From positions 1-52,769 of the IMG/VR virus record IMGVR_UViG_3300020034_000021: a DNA stretch of 52,769 nt. One strand, given 5' to 3'. Positions within the stretch are counted from its first letter, which is position 1. Every line of letters begins with the position of its first letter. A model generated the notes under the pieces. The model worked only from the letters and a program-made list of their open reading frames with translations, was not told the DNA's origin and made no database searches. A program made the translations under genes and the position numbers. The stretch is from a virus. Its lineage: Duplodnaviria > Caudoviricetes. Positions 33,755 to 43,767 of this stretch are shown one piece after another.

Positions 33755-35355
33755 TCCCGTATTACTTCCAAGAGGACGCAATCAATTCACTGTTAAATTA
33801 CTTTAGCAGCGGACGCAGAGGCAATCCTATCGTGGCGATGCCACCTAGTACCGGCAAGAGCTTAGTCATTGCATTTTTTATTTATCGAGTGTTGATGGCA
33901 TGGCCGCATGTACGCTTTCTAGTGTTGACGCACGTAAAGGAATTGATACAACAGAATTCGGCTGAGTTGTTGAAAGTGTGGCCGACTGCGCCTATGGGCA
34001 TTTACAGCGCCGGTTTGAAGCAACGCGATACTATATTGCCAATTATTTTTGGTGGCATTGCTAGCGTAAATAAGAATGTGGGCATATTTGGATTTCGCGA
34101 TGTAGTCATGATTGATGAATGTGATTTAGTTTCACCAAACGACGCAAGTATGTATCAAGTAGCACTTGCACAACTTAAGTTAGTCAATCCTAATCTAGTC
34201 GTGATTGGATTGAGTGCAACGCCGTGGCGATTGAAACAAGGACTGCTAACGGACAATGGTTTATTCACCGATATCTGTTACGATAATACCGATTATCAAT
34301 CGTATAACCGTCTTGTGGCCGAAGGCTACATTTGTCCGCTCATACCCAAACGTACTAATACCGTTATTGATATTGGCAACGTTGGCATCAGTAAAGGGGA
34401 CTATAACAAACACGAATTAGAAGTAGCGGTTGATAAAGAGGATATCACTTTCGGCGCTGTTAAAGAAATGGTCGAATTAGGTTATGATCGCAATTGTTTC
34501 TTAGTTTTTGCTGCCGGTATTAACAATTCTGAACACATAGCATCCATGTTGCAAAGCTTTGGTGTGTCAGCTTGCGCCGTACATTCTAAGTTGCCAATTG
34601 CTGAAAACGACATGCGAATAAAAGCATTCAAGAATAACGAATTTCGCGCACTGGTTAACAACAACAAATTGACGGCGGGATTCAACCATCCGCCTATTGA
34701 TTTAATCGGTATGTTGCGCCCGACAATATCAGCGCGGCTATGGGTTCAGATGGCAGGACGTGGCGGACGTATGTCGCCAGCGACAGGCAAGATCAATTGC
34801 AAGCTACTCGACTTCGCCGGCAACACCAAGCGCCTAGGGCCGGTGAATGACCCTAGGATACCCGGCAGACCGGGCAAAGGCACGGGCGACGTTCCCGTGC
34901 GCTTGTGCGACGCCTGCGGGGCATACAATCATGCATCCGCGCGCTTCTGCTGTGACTGTGGCATGGAGTTCAAATTTGAAACAAAGTTATTTAGAAACGC
35001 ATCCGAAGAAGAAGTATTAAGAACCGATGCGCCAGTGATTGAAACGTTTGAAGTCAAAAAAGTTCTCTATCATTTGCATGAGAAGCGTAACGCGGCTGGC
35101 ATTCTAACGTCACCACCATCTATGCGCATTTCGTATTTCTGCATCATGCAAATGTTCCAAGAATGGGTTTGTTTAGAGCATCCGGGTTTGATTGGTAAAC
35201 GTGCGCGCGATTGGTGGCGTCTGCGTCATAAAGAAGAACCGCCGGCAACAACGTTTGAAGCACTTAAGCGTTGTAGCGAGTTGCGCGAGCCTAGTCATAT
35301 TCGCGTGCATATCAACAAAAAATATCCTGAAATTAAAAACGTGGAATTTAGATGA
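33751..35355 (+). CDS. SF2 helicase (RadD/YejH-like)
   Basis: PPSTGKS, DECD, SAT, QMAGRGGR, Zn finger CDAC..CDC. Confidence 0.92.
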   Translation: MIPYYFQEDAINSLLNYFSSGRRGNPIVAMPPSTGKSLVIAFFIYRVLMAWPHVRFLVLTHVKELIQQNSAELLKVWPTAPMGIYSAGLKQRDTILPIIFGGIASVNKNVGIFGFRDVVMIDECDLVSPNDASMYQVALAQLKLVNPNLVVIGLSATPWRLKQGLLTDNGLFTDICYDNTDYQSYNRLVAEGYICPLIPKRTNTVIDIGNVGISKGDYNKHELEVAVDKEDITFGAVKEMVELGYDRNCFLVFAAGINNSEHIASMLQSFGVSACAVHSKLPIAENDMRIKAFKNNEFRALVNNNKLTAGFNHPPIDLIGMLRPTISARLWVQMAGRGGRMSPATGKINCKLLDFAGNTKRLGPVNDPRIPGRPGKGTGDVPVRLCDACGAYNHASARFCCDCGMEFKFETKLFRNASEEEVLRTDAPVIETFEVKKVLYHLHEKRNAAGILTSPPSMRISYFCIMQMFQEWVCLEHPGLIGKRARDWWRLRHKEEPPATTFEALKRCSELREPSHIRVHINKKYPEIKNVEFR

Positions 35356-35555
35356 ACACACCAGCAGAGAAGACGACGATTCAAAATCTGATCAATCATC
35401 AAAACACAGTTATTAAGGATCAAGGTTGGCAATGCTGTTTGAACTGTATGAATTGGGATAAAAAGAAACAACAATGTGGATTATTCAATGCAAATCCGCC
35501 ATTGCAAGTTATTGTTGTTGGTTGTGTTGAATATGAAGGCGATATTCCTTTTTAA
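35352..35555 (+). CDS. Small Cys-cluster protein ending in DIPF
   Basis: CLNC...C...GC; C-terminus YEGDIPF. Confidence 0.7.
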   Translation: MNTPAEKTTIQNLINHQNTVIKDQGWQCCLNCMNWDKKKQQCGLFNANPPLQVIVVGCVEYEGDIPF

Positions 35556-35556
35556 T

Positions 35557-35883
35557 ATGGAGAACAGAATGAGAGACTATGAAAAAATTAGAGCGTTGGC
35601 AGAAGAAATAACAAAGAAACTTGCCGACGACGGAAGCTTGATTGAAGCAGGCTTTAGAGCAATGTGTATTTTATATTTACCTAGAGAAGTATCGTCAGAA
35701 CAACTTGACGATATGCGATGCGTTTATTATTTAGGCGCAGATCACATTTTTACTAGCGTATTATCTGTATTGGAACCTGATGCAGAACCAACAGACAAAG
35801 ATTTAGAGCGCATGACAAAAGTCTATAGAGAATTAGAAGCATTTAGAAAAACATTCAATGGAGGAATAAGCGATGGAAATTGA
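35557..35883 (+). CDS. Hypothetical protein
   Basis: Start 35557 or 35569. Confidence 0.65.
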   Translation: MENRMRDYEKIRALAEEITKKLADDGSLIEAGFRAMCILYLPREVSSEQLDDMRCVYYLGADHIFTSVLSVLEPDAEPTDKDLERMTKVYRELEAFRKTFNGGISDGN

Positions 35884-36931
35884 AAACAACGTGCCAATGC
35901 CAGCCACTAAAGCAGTTGCAAAGCGCGCTAGAAAACCGAAAGGCGAGACCAAGCCAGCCACTAGTGCGGCGTCACTAATTGCCGCCTTGAAATTCGTTAG
36001 CCTCGCACAGAAACCTATTGGAACACCCTATCAAGCACACTGCACGATGTATGGTAATTGGTGTATAGCGTTCGACGGTGTGTTGACGATTGGCGCCAGA
36101 ATAGAAGAGAACATTACCGCCTGTCCAAAGACATTCGATTTACTCGCAGCGCTGCAAAAATGTGGGGATCAATTCGCGATTACACAACTTAATGAAATGG
36201 TATTATCCGTAAAGTCAGGCAAATTCAAAGCAACTATTAAATGCGTTCCCTTCTCAGACATTCCTAAGTCAGCGCCTGACGAACCCGTTACCGTCATTGG
36301 CGATGAAATTAGAACGGCATTTGATAACTTAGCATGGCTAGCTATTGAAGGCGCAACGGATGCATTTTGCGCGTCTGTCATGTTACAGGCACAATCTTGC
36401 GTCGCGACGAATCGTCACGTCTTGCTTGAATATTGGCACGGACTAGACATGCCGCCCGGAATACAATTACTCATACCGCGCGCCAGCGTCAATGCTATTA
36501 TCAAAAGTGATCGCAAGCTAACTAACTTTGGTTTTTCTGACAATTCTGCAACATTCTTTTTTGGCAATGACGGATTTATAAAGACGCAATTATTCAAAGA
36601 TCAATACCCAAATTATCAAGCGATCTTTGCGCAAAACACTGGTAATGTTTCGCCATTGCCGCCAGACTTTTTTACTGGCGTTGATGCAGTGTCGCCATTC
36701 TCCGAAAACAAATTTATCTATTTGCGTGGTGACAAGATCATGTCACACAAAGCAGAAGAGTTAGGCGCTGTCTATGAGTTACCCGGTATCCCTGACGGAA
36801 TGTCATTCAATCACGAATACTTGAAAGCTGTAGAGGCACATTTTAAAAACACTATCTTTATTGAAAACAAAAAAGTGTTTTTTTCTAACGGTATGGTGCG
36901 CGGTGCACTCATGGGCGGCGACTATTTATGA
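35873..36931 (+). CDS. Sliding clamp (DNA Pol III beta-like)
   Basis: 352 aa, VATNRH, TQL..DQYPNY, C-terminal ALM; upstream of polymerase. Confidence 0.75.
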   Translation: MEIENNVPMPATKAVAKRARKPKGETKPATSAASLIAALKFVSLAQKPIGTPYQAHCTMYGNWCIAFDGVLTIGARIEENITACPKTFDLLAALQKCGDQFAITQLNEMVLSVKSGKFKATIKCVPFSDIPKSAPDEPVTVIGDEIRTAFDNLAWLAIEGATDAFCASVMLQAQSCVATNRHVLLEYWHGLDMPPGIQLLIPRASVNAIIKSDRKLTNFGFSDNSATFFFGNDGFIKTQLFKDQYPNYQAIFAQNTGNVSPLPPDFFTGVDAVSPFSENKFIYLRGDKIMSHKAEELGAVYELPGIPDGMSFNHEYLKAVEAHFKNTIFIENKKVFFSNGMVRGALMGGDYL

Positions 36932-37164
36932 GCAATTGGAATTATCAATTGTTTGTGCCAAACGACATTCGTATTGTCAAGGAACCTAATACTAGAAAAT
37001 ATCAATTCAAAGGCGGACCATATGACAGACAAAATGGATCGTTACGATTATGCGGTGAATGTACATTTACATTTACAGCCGCAGGTTTTACCGGACGCTA
37101 TAGAAAAGCTGGTGAAATGTTAAAATGGGAGCCAAGATATGTCGATGGATTTGAATACATATAA
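36928..37164 (+). CDS. Hypothetical protein
   Basis: FKGGPYD; coupled. Confidence 0.55.
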   Translation: MSNWNYQLFVPNDIRIVKEPNTRKYQFKGGPYDRQNGSLRLCGECTFTFTAAGFTGRYRKAGEMLKWEPRYVDGFEYI

Positions 37165-39019
37165 CGACATAGAGCTATCGCAGCTTCCAACGGGAGCGAC
37201 ATTTGTATTTGATATTGAAAGTTATCCGAATTATTTCTTAATTGCCTTTCGCAATATTGTTACAGACAAATGTATTCTGTTTGAGTCATCACCTGACAAA
37301 CAAATCAACGTCGCGTTGCTTAGTTGGATCGTATGGCGCGCCTGCCTAGTCGGATTCAATTCAAATACCTATGACATACTGTTATTGACACTGGCATTAC
37401 ATGGACATACAAATCCAGCATACATAAAAAGCATATCTGATCTGATCATATTCGAAGACTTACGACCGCGCGACTTCGAACGACAATGCAACGTTCACAT
37501 ACCAACTACAATTAACCATATTGACTTGATCGAAGTTGCGCCGTTACACGCTTCTTTGAAATTATACGGCGCTAGACTGCACTGCCCACACTTACAGGAT
37601 TTGCCGTATCCTGACAAAACCTATTTGACGCAAGAGCAAGCGGCAAACGTCGCAACGTATTGCATCAATGACCTAGAACTGACGAAGTTGCTGTTAATCG
37701 AGCTAGCGCCCCATATTGACCTTCGGCAAGATCTCGGGAGGGAGTATGGCCGCGATCTGCGCTCCCTGTCGGACGCACAGGTGGCCGAAGCGATCATCAC
37801 CAGCGAGTTGCACAAGGCCAGCGGCTTCTACCCGCGCCGTCCCAGCGGCCCGCTAATGCGCGTCTGCCGATATACGGTCCCGTCCTACATGTACTTCCAA
37901 ACGCCTGCCTTACAAGCCGCGCTAGAAGTTGTGCGCAACGCTGAGTTCCCTGTCAATGAAAAGGGCACCGTCACTATACCTAAGTCGATTTCACAATTGA
38001 CGTTACGAATCGGCCGCAATCATTACAAAATGGGTATTGGTGGTTTGCATAGTCAAGAAAAGGAAATTGCTTACCTTGCCGACGCAGACACCGATTTAAT
38101 TGATAGAGACGTTGCTGGATACTATCCAGCTATCATTTTAAATCAAGGTTTATATCCGTCACACTTAGGACCGGCTTTCTTGACGGTTTTTAAATCCATT
38201 GTAGACCGTCGTCTAGCCGCTAAGAAAGCAGGCAACAAAAAAATCAGCGAAGGATTGAAAATTGCGTCTAATGGTACGTTTGGCAAACTCGGCAATCAAT
38301 GGAGCATTTTATTTGCGCCGGATCTCATGTTGCAAGTGACGTTGAGCGGTCAACTATCCTTGCTCATGCTGATTGAAATGATAGATGATTCCTTCGGCAT
38401 TCCAATTGTATCAGGCAATACCGACGGCATTGTTATCCGCTGTCCAAAAAATCGTTACGCTGAATTAAATTTCATCATTGAAGCTTGGGAAAAGTTCACT
38501 GGCTTCGTCACAGAAGAGACACGCTATAAAGCACTCTACTGTCGCGACGTGAACAACTATATCGCAGTGAAAGAAGATGATACGTGCAAAGTCAAAGGAG
38601 TTTATTGTGAAAGAGGTTCAGCGCAGAATTCCATCTTATCCAAAAATCCCGAAATGCTCATATGCTCCGATGCAGTACAGTTATTTCTTACACGGCAAAC
38701 ACCTATTCAAAAGACAATCAGAGAATGCACAGACATTCGACGATTTGTTGCAGTCAGAGCAGTCAAAGGCGGCGCAGAAAAAGACGGCGAATATTTAGGT
38801 AAGTCGATTCGCTGGTATTACGCTAAAAAGATTGTAGGCACCATCAATTATTGCATCAGCGGTAATAAAGTTCCAAAGAGCGACGGCGCAAAACCGCTCA
38901 TGACGTTGCCTGATAAAATTCCTGATGATCTCAATTATGATTACTACATCGAAGAAGCCGTTAAAATGCTTTTTGATATTGGTTACTACGTTAAAGAAAA
39001 AACACCAAGCTTCTTTTAA
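37139..39019 (+). CDS. DNA polymerase, family B-like with 3'-5' exonuclease
   Basis: FDIE, FNSNTYD, YCIND; DVAGYYP, KIASNGTFGK, NTDG. Confidence 0.9.
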   Translation: MSMDLNTYNDIELSQLPTGATFVFDIESYPNYFLIAFRNIVTDKCILFESSPDKQINVALLSWIVWRACLVGFNSNTYDILLLTLALHGHTNPAYIKSISDLIIFEDLRPRDFERQCNVHIPTTINHIDLIEVAPLHASLKLYGARLHCPHLQDLPYPDKTYLTQEQAANVATYCINDLELTKLLLIELAPHIDLRQDLGREYGRDLRSLSDAQVAEAIITSELHKASGFYPRRPSGPLMRVCRYTVPSYMYFQTPALQAALEVVRNAEFPVNEKGTVTIPKSISQLTLRIGRNHYKMGIGGLHSQEKEIAYLADADTDLIDRDVAGYYPAIILNQGLYPSHLGPAFLTVFKSIVDRRLAAKKAGNKKISEGLKIASNGTFGKLGNQWSILFAPDLMLQVTLSGQLSLLMLIEMIDDSFGIPIVSGNTDGIVIRCPKNRYAELNFIIEAWEKFTGFVTEETRYKALYCRDVNNYIAVKEDDTCKVKGVYCERGSAQNSILSKNPEMLICSDAVQLFLTRQTPIQKTIRECTDIRRFVAVRAVKGGAEKDGEYLGKSIRWYYAKKIVGTINYCISGNKVPKSDGAKPLMTLPDKIPDDLNYDYYIEEAVKMLFDIGYYVKEKTPSFF

Positions 39020-42000
39020 GTTACTGTAAAATCAAAACTCAATGTATCATAAAAATATCCATCTGTAGACAAAATAGGCCATATCCATACTTTAACTAAA
39101 CCGTCACTATTAAACGGTTCCGAATCTACTGTACTTATTGTTGCAGCCGACGCTAAATAAGTTCGTGTGACTGAGATAGAATCAACATAGCTTATTGAAA
39201 TAAATGCATTATCAGGAGGCGCGACACTTACACCTTGCAAAGCTACACGAAAATATTGATCTGATGGATTATTAGAATTAACAATACTTCGTATTTGATA
39301 TCCAGCTAAAAGATTACCAGCAAAATCTGATGCTAAAGTACCTATATTAAATCCATTCAAGTAAGGATCGGTAGCACCATAAGCACCGTCATTGAATCCA
39401 CCATAAGGAATAAATCCAAATGCATTAAATTGACCTGCAATCATATCAGGTTCTGCAAAAGGATTATCAGGTGTAAATCCACCTGTACAACCATAACCAT
39501 TTTCATCAATAACTTCGTTAATAAAGTCTTTATCATTCGCATAATATCTTGCGTCATAATTGATTCCTTTGACGCTAGAAACAAATCGACCGTTAGGCAA
39601 TTTTTCAGCCGTCAAGAAAGCGGTTTGCTTTACATCATCGCTGCCCACAATTATATAAGTCGTCTTGGCGTATCTATCATCATCAATGACAAGCGGCAAA
39701 GCTGGCGCTTCACCAAGTATTACTTTGTTAGCTGCTGATCCTGCGGTAATAGCAATGGATTGCGTTGTACCGTCGTACAGTTGCAAAAAAATGGAATAAG
39801 ACGGCGAGACAGACAAATCAACTAACTGTGACAAAGTAATTTCAGTACCGTCAACTTCGATCACTTCGCCGTCTTGTGTATTTGGTCTAGTGTTATCGCT
39901 TACTAAAATACGATCATTAATAACTAACAAATCTGCTTCTTGAGTAGCGTCAAATTCAATTGTTGTGTTCTGATATAAAATACGATTCCATACACGCCAT
40001 ACATGGAAATAAGCGTGCAAATGATCTCTAACACCAATGCTTTCTACTTTCTTGGGATTGATTGAGGCGTAGTCTTGTGGCAAGAAAACTGTATTTATCG
40101 AATCATCAGCCGGATCAACATAACTATACTGCACACCGTCATTGTCATTGTTCTGACCAAAATTAATTGTGCGTTTTTCTGTATGTGGAATTTTGTTACG
40201 ATGATTAAATAAAATGGTGCTGTCATCTGTTTCTTTTTCAAACGACAAACGAATCACATTGCCGCGACGATACGCAACACAAAACATTGCATTAACAATA
40301 GTTGCAACAGTTTCTTCAAATGACAAACCGTCTTTATCGAAAGTATAATTAAATTCTCTAACTCGTGGCGTTCCAAAATAATCCTCAACTTCTTGCGCTA
40401 CTGCAAAGAAATTCGTTATATCCAATTCAGCCAATGAGCGATTACCAATATACCGATCGCGGCACACTTCTGAAAGGATCAACGCAGAATCGTTTGTACC
40501 AGCAGGCGCACCAAATGAAGTACCGTCATAACTAGGAATAATTCTCTGTCCAATCAAATTAAGCTTACGTTCTTTAACTGCTAAGGCACTAGCAGTTGCA
40601 TAAGTTACACTTTGTATAGTTGTTATATTACCAAAATCAAGTTCATTTACAGGCGCGACTGACGTGGCATCACGCCAGCGAACTTCATCAACAACAGTAC
40701 CTTCAAAATCTAAATCCGTTTCACTGACTCGCCGTGCTCTAATTTGTGTGCGACCAAAGAAGCCACTAAAATGCGCTTTCAAAGTTATAGCAACAGTTTC
40801 TTTAAGCGTGCTAGAGCCTTTCAATATAATTCTAAAAAGCTCAGGATCATCTAAAGCTATGTCATCTAAATCAATTGGCGTAGCTTCAAATTCAATTTCA
40901 ACTTCGCCGGCAATTTGGTCAACACCATCATCTTTGTAAATACCATTTGCAGCAACAAAATTATTTAAAACTTCATTGATACCCGGACTGCAATTAAAAT
41001 CATCTAGTACAAACGGACCAACCCATTTTAAACCACTAGCAACCATTGTAGGGCTGATGAATGGCGTTGCAACATTAGGCAACACAACGTCTTCCCAATC
41101 TGTATTGACTGAATTTGGATTATCTAAAACTATCTGCCATTGTGTAACAGAAACTACTGGATATACACCATTCAAATCTAAATCATAAGCACCCGCGCCG
41201 TCAAAAACTACATCAAAGAAAACGTTATAAGCAAAATGCAATTGATTATGCGAAGTCTCCATGTGATCCCAATTAGAATTTACGACATTGGGTGCAACCA
41301 ACTTCACAATAAATAATGTGGGCACAGCATATTTTGTTTCAGTCGGATTATCCGGTCCCTCAATGTGCACACTATCAATTTCGTATGTACCACCTAAATC
41401 ACCAAATGCGCCAACATAACCGCCAGTTAAAGTAATTGTACCTCCCGGTACGAATAGACCGTTAACAACAGATTCATAATCAGCAGTGAATATCAACGCG
41501 CCGCCAGCGGTATCATAAGCATGATGTGCGCCGTCAGTTGGATAACGCTGCTGTACAGCAATCATTGTTGCACGACACACAATACTTTGCGTTACATCTA
41601 CTCCAGCCGTCATAGTCGCATCGGTAATTGTTAGTTCATCTCCTTCAACAAAATATTTTGTGAAGTCTTCAAGTGAACCATTCGGCAACTCAATTAAATT
41701 TGGTGTGCGAAAACGAACGTTGCCTAAACCAACAAACGTCATTGCGTTTGGTGGGCGCAATACTTGACCATTAACTGAGTTAGAACGTTTAGTATTTAAT
41801 ACAGGAATACGCAATAACTGTCCGACGACTAACTCAGGATCACCAATGCCCGGCGCGTTTGGATCAAAAGAATTTGGTGACGTGTAAGGACCGTACACCA
41901 TAACTGTTGTACCGGGAATATTTTCAACTTTTGTCGCACCGTCACGAATACTAGCCGCTAAAATTGCATAAGCGCCGCGACCGACGCACATGTAAGCATA

Positions 42001-42501
42001 TTCGACTTCTCGATTATTTTCAAAAATCTTGTATGGCGCTGCAATCAAATCTGGCGTAGCTCGCACCGTCCCGAAAGGATCAGGTATGCGCCCGTTAATT
42101 CGCGCGCGATTCGTTCGGTCTGACAGTTCGTTATTAGGCGACGATTGTTGCTGATTTCGACTTAACGAAATTGGCGGAGGTTGTGCCACCGTTGGCGCAG
42201 CACTTAAGACATATGCAGCAACAGCAAGCAAAACGCCAACAATAGCAAAGACGGCTGTTACTGGATCACCGGGATATACGACAACGTAAAACGGTCCCGG
42301 CAATTCACCTAAAATTTCAATTCCATTTTCATCAGCCGGTGTTACATCAGTAATTTGTGAAACTTGTTCATGATATAAACGTGCATTTACGGGAAACGCA
42401 TTAAATTGCGATACCAAAAATTCACGCACGTCTTCGACTTCATGGCGCGTCCACGTATCAGGTTCAAGATTATTAAGCGCTAGTATGACTTGCTTTAACA
42501 T
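39016..42501 (-). CDS. Tail tip / central fibre (host specificity) protein
   Basis: 1161 aa; SPNNELSDRTNRARINGRIPDPFG; last tail gene. Confidence 0.88.
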   Translation of the reverse strand: MLKQVILALNNLEPDTWTRHEVEDVREFLVSQFNAFPVNARLYHEQVSQITDVTPADENGIEILGELPGPFYVVVYPGDPVTAVFAIVGVLLAVAAYVLSAAPTVAQPPPISLSRNQQQSSPNNELSDRTNRARINGRIPDPFGTVRATPDLIAAPYKIFENNREVEYAYMCVGRGAYAILAASIRDGATKVENIPGTTVMVYGPYTSPNSFDPNAPGIGDPELVVGQLLRIPVLNTKRSNSVNGQVLRPPNAMTFVGLGNVRFRTPNLIELPNGSLEDFTKYFVEGDELTITDATMTAGVDVTQSIVCRATMIAVQQRYPTDGAHHAYDTAGGALIFTADYESVVNGLFVPGGTITLTGGYVGAFGDLGGTYEIDSVHIEGPDNPTETKYAVPTLFIVKLVAPNVVNSNWDHMETSHNQLHFAYNVFFDVVFDGAGAYDLDLNGVYPVVSVTQWQIVLDNPNSVNTDWEDVVLPNVATPFISPTMVASGLKWVGPFVLDDFNCSPGINEVLNNFVAANGIYKDDGVDQIAGEVEIEFEATPIDLDDIALDDPELFRIILKGSSTLKETVAITLKAHFSGFFGRTQIRARRVSETDLDFEGTVVDEVRWRDATSVAPVNELDFGNITTIQSVTYATASALAVKERKLNLIGQRIIPSYDGTSFGAPAGTNDSALILSEVCRDRYIGNRSLAELDITNFFAVAQEVEDYFGTPRVREFNYTFDKDGLSFEETVATIVNAMFCVAYRRGNVIRLSFEKETDDSTILFNHRNKIPHTEKRTINFGQNNDNDGVQYSYVDPADDSINTVFLPQDYASINPKKVESIGVRDHLHAYFHVWRVWNRILYQNTTIEFDATQEADLLVINDRILVSDNTRPNTQDGEVIEVDGTEITLSQLVDLSVSPSYSIFLQLYDGTTQSIAITAGSAANKVILGEAPALPLVIDDDRYAKTTYIIVGSDDVKQTAFLTAEKLPNGRFVSSVKGINYDARYYANDKDFINEVIDENGYGCTGGFTPDNPFAEPDMIAGQFNAFGFIPYGGFNDGAYGATDPYLNGFNIGTLASDFAGNLLAGYQIRSIVNSNNPSDQYFRVALQGVSVAPPDNAFISISYVDSISVTRTYLASAATISTVDSEPFNSDGLVKVWIWPILSTDGYFYDTLSFDFTVT

Positions 42502-42845
42502 ACAAAAAACCTTACTCGCTTAAATCCTAATCGAACGATCTCTAGCGGCTGATAGAAAACTCCCTGTCTAGTAATATGCAATACCTTGCCATGCCACCAT
42601 ATGCCCACATGTGCCGGCGTCTTATTGGCTTGCAACCAAATGACACAAGGATCAATTGGCTTATCTAGCAACGTCACTGTACGACGCAAGCTAAATGAAA
42701 CGCGCCTTTCATATGCAGCACATAAAAAGCCAGCGAGGATTTCAGCAATTTGAGGATTCTTTAATTCCGCCCATACTTCGCATACCAAATGCGCGCAATT
42801 ATAAGTGCGTTCTTTATATTGTCGATTTAAATACTTGTCGATCAC
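42495..42845 (-). CDS. NlpC/P60-like tail tip assembly protein
   Basis: YNCAHLV, HVGIW..KVLH. Confidence 0.85.
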   Translation of the reverse strand: MIDKYLNRQYKERTYNCAHLVCEVWAELKNPQIAEILAGFLCAAYERRVSFSLRRTVTLLDKPIDPCVIWLQANKTPAHVGIWWHGKVLHITRQGVFYQPLEIVRLGFKRVRFFVC

Positions 42846-43342
42846 AGCAAGCCACGTAACATCGGGAAACGAGGCAAAGAATATATCTCGCCTGTTTTGT
42901 TGACATTCAAAGACGGCGCGGACGCATTGAACGCTGCGCCTTCGTCAGTAAAAACAAATGTTTTTAATTCTAGTACAATCGGACCATATAAAACAGTTGT
43001 TAAATCGTCTGATCTATACACGCGATAAATAACTTTTGGCAATTCATTAAAACCGCTTGCAGCTTTGATATTATCTAATTCTGTTGGAATAGTTTCACCT
43101 AAGTCGCCTAATTCAACTTTTAAAATTTGATCTAAATCGTCGCGCGGTCCTGTCAATGATAGGCGTAATGGATAGTAAACGTATTCATGTTCACTGGCGT
43201 CTTCGTGTGTGACTGTAATGCCTAACGTAGCATTACGCACAATGTAGTACGTATGCGAAAAAGCACTGTGTGAAATTTCAAGGCATTCTAGTTGCACTAT
43301 ATGCGAAGGAGAATTCAAAAAGAATTCGCTATAAGTACTCAT
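42842..43342 (-). CDS. Minor tail protein (DUF1833-like)
   Basis: LEISHSAF, YRVYRSDDL, FPMLRG; position. Confidence 0.8.
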   Translation of the reverse strand: MSTYSEFFLNSPSHIVQLECLEISHSAFSHTYYIVRNATLGITVTHEDASEHEYVYYPLRLSLTGPRDDLDQILKVELGDLGETIPTELDNIKAASGFNELPKVIYRVYRSDDLTTVLYGPIVLELKTFVFTDEGAAFNASAPSLNVNKTGEIYSLPRFPMLRGLL

Positions 43343-43767
43343 GGATGTGCCGCTGCAAATGCAATTTCAAATGCTTCAATAATTGTAGTGTCTTCTGTCT
43401 CTTCGTCAACGTTTATATGTCCATGCACTTCTAACTGTGCATCCACACCATAACCTTGTCCACTTTGCGAACTGAGTTGAATACTACCGGGAATAAAATG
43501 GACTGTATATTCTACTAAATCTGGAGTGTCGATAATCAAATCAATAGTAAATGGCAATGCACCATGTTTCGTTATAGTTCGATAAAAAGCCATCAAATAT
43601 TCATACTCATCAGGATGCAATAACCATTTAACATTAACCATTGTTGACGAATTCAAAATATCAGAACGATAACGACCGGCACCACCATCTAATTGTATGC
43701 GTTTAGTCTCTTCGCCAAACTGCGCACCATAGCCAGCTTGTTCAGGCGGTATTAAAAACTTCGTCAT
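43339..43767 (-). CDS. Distal tail protein
   Basis: LDGGAGRYR; follows tape measure. Confidence 0.75.
   Translation of the reverse strand: MTKFLIPPEQAGYGAQFGEETKRIQLDGGAGRYRSDILNSSTMVNVKWLLHPDEYEYLMAFYRTITKHGALPFTIDLIIDTPDLVEYTVHFIPGSIQLSSQSGQGYGVDAQLEVHGHINVDEETEDTTIIEAFEIAFAAAHP

Noticed and set aside
5985-39019. Stop-codon reassignment
   Set aside because: Core genes are full length in the standard code and TAA, TAG and TGA all end genes
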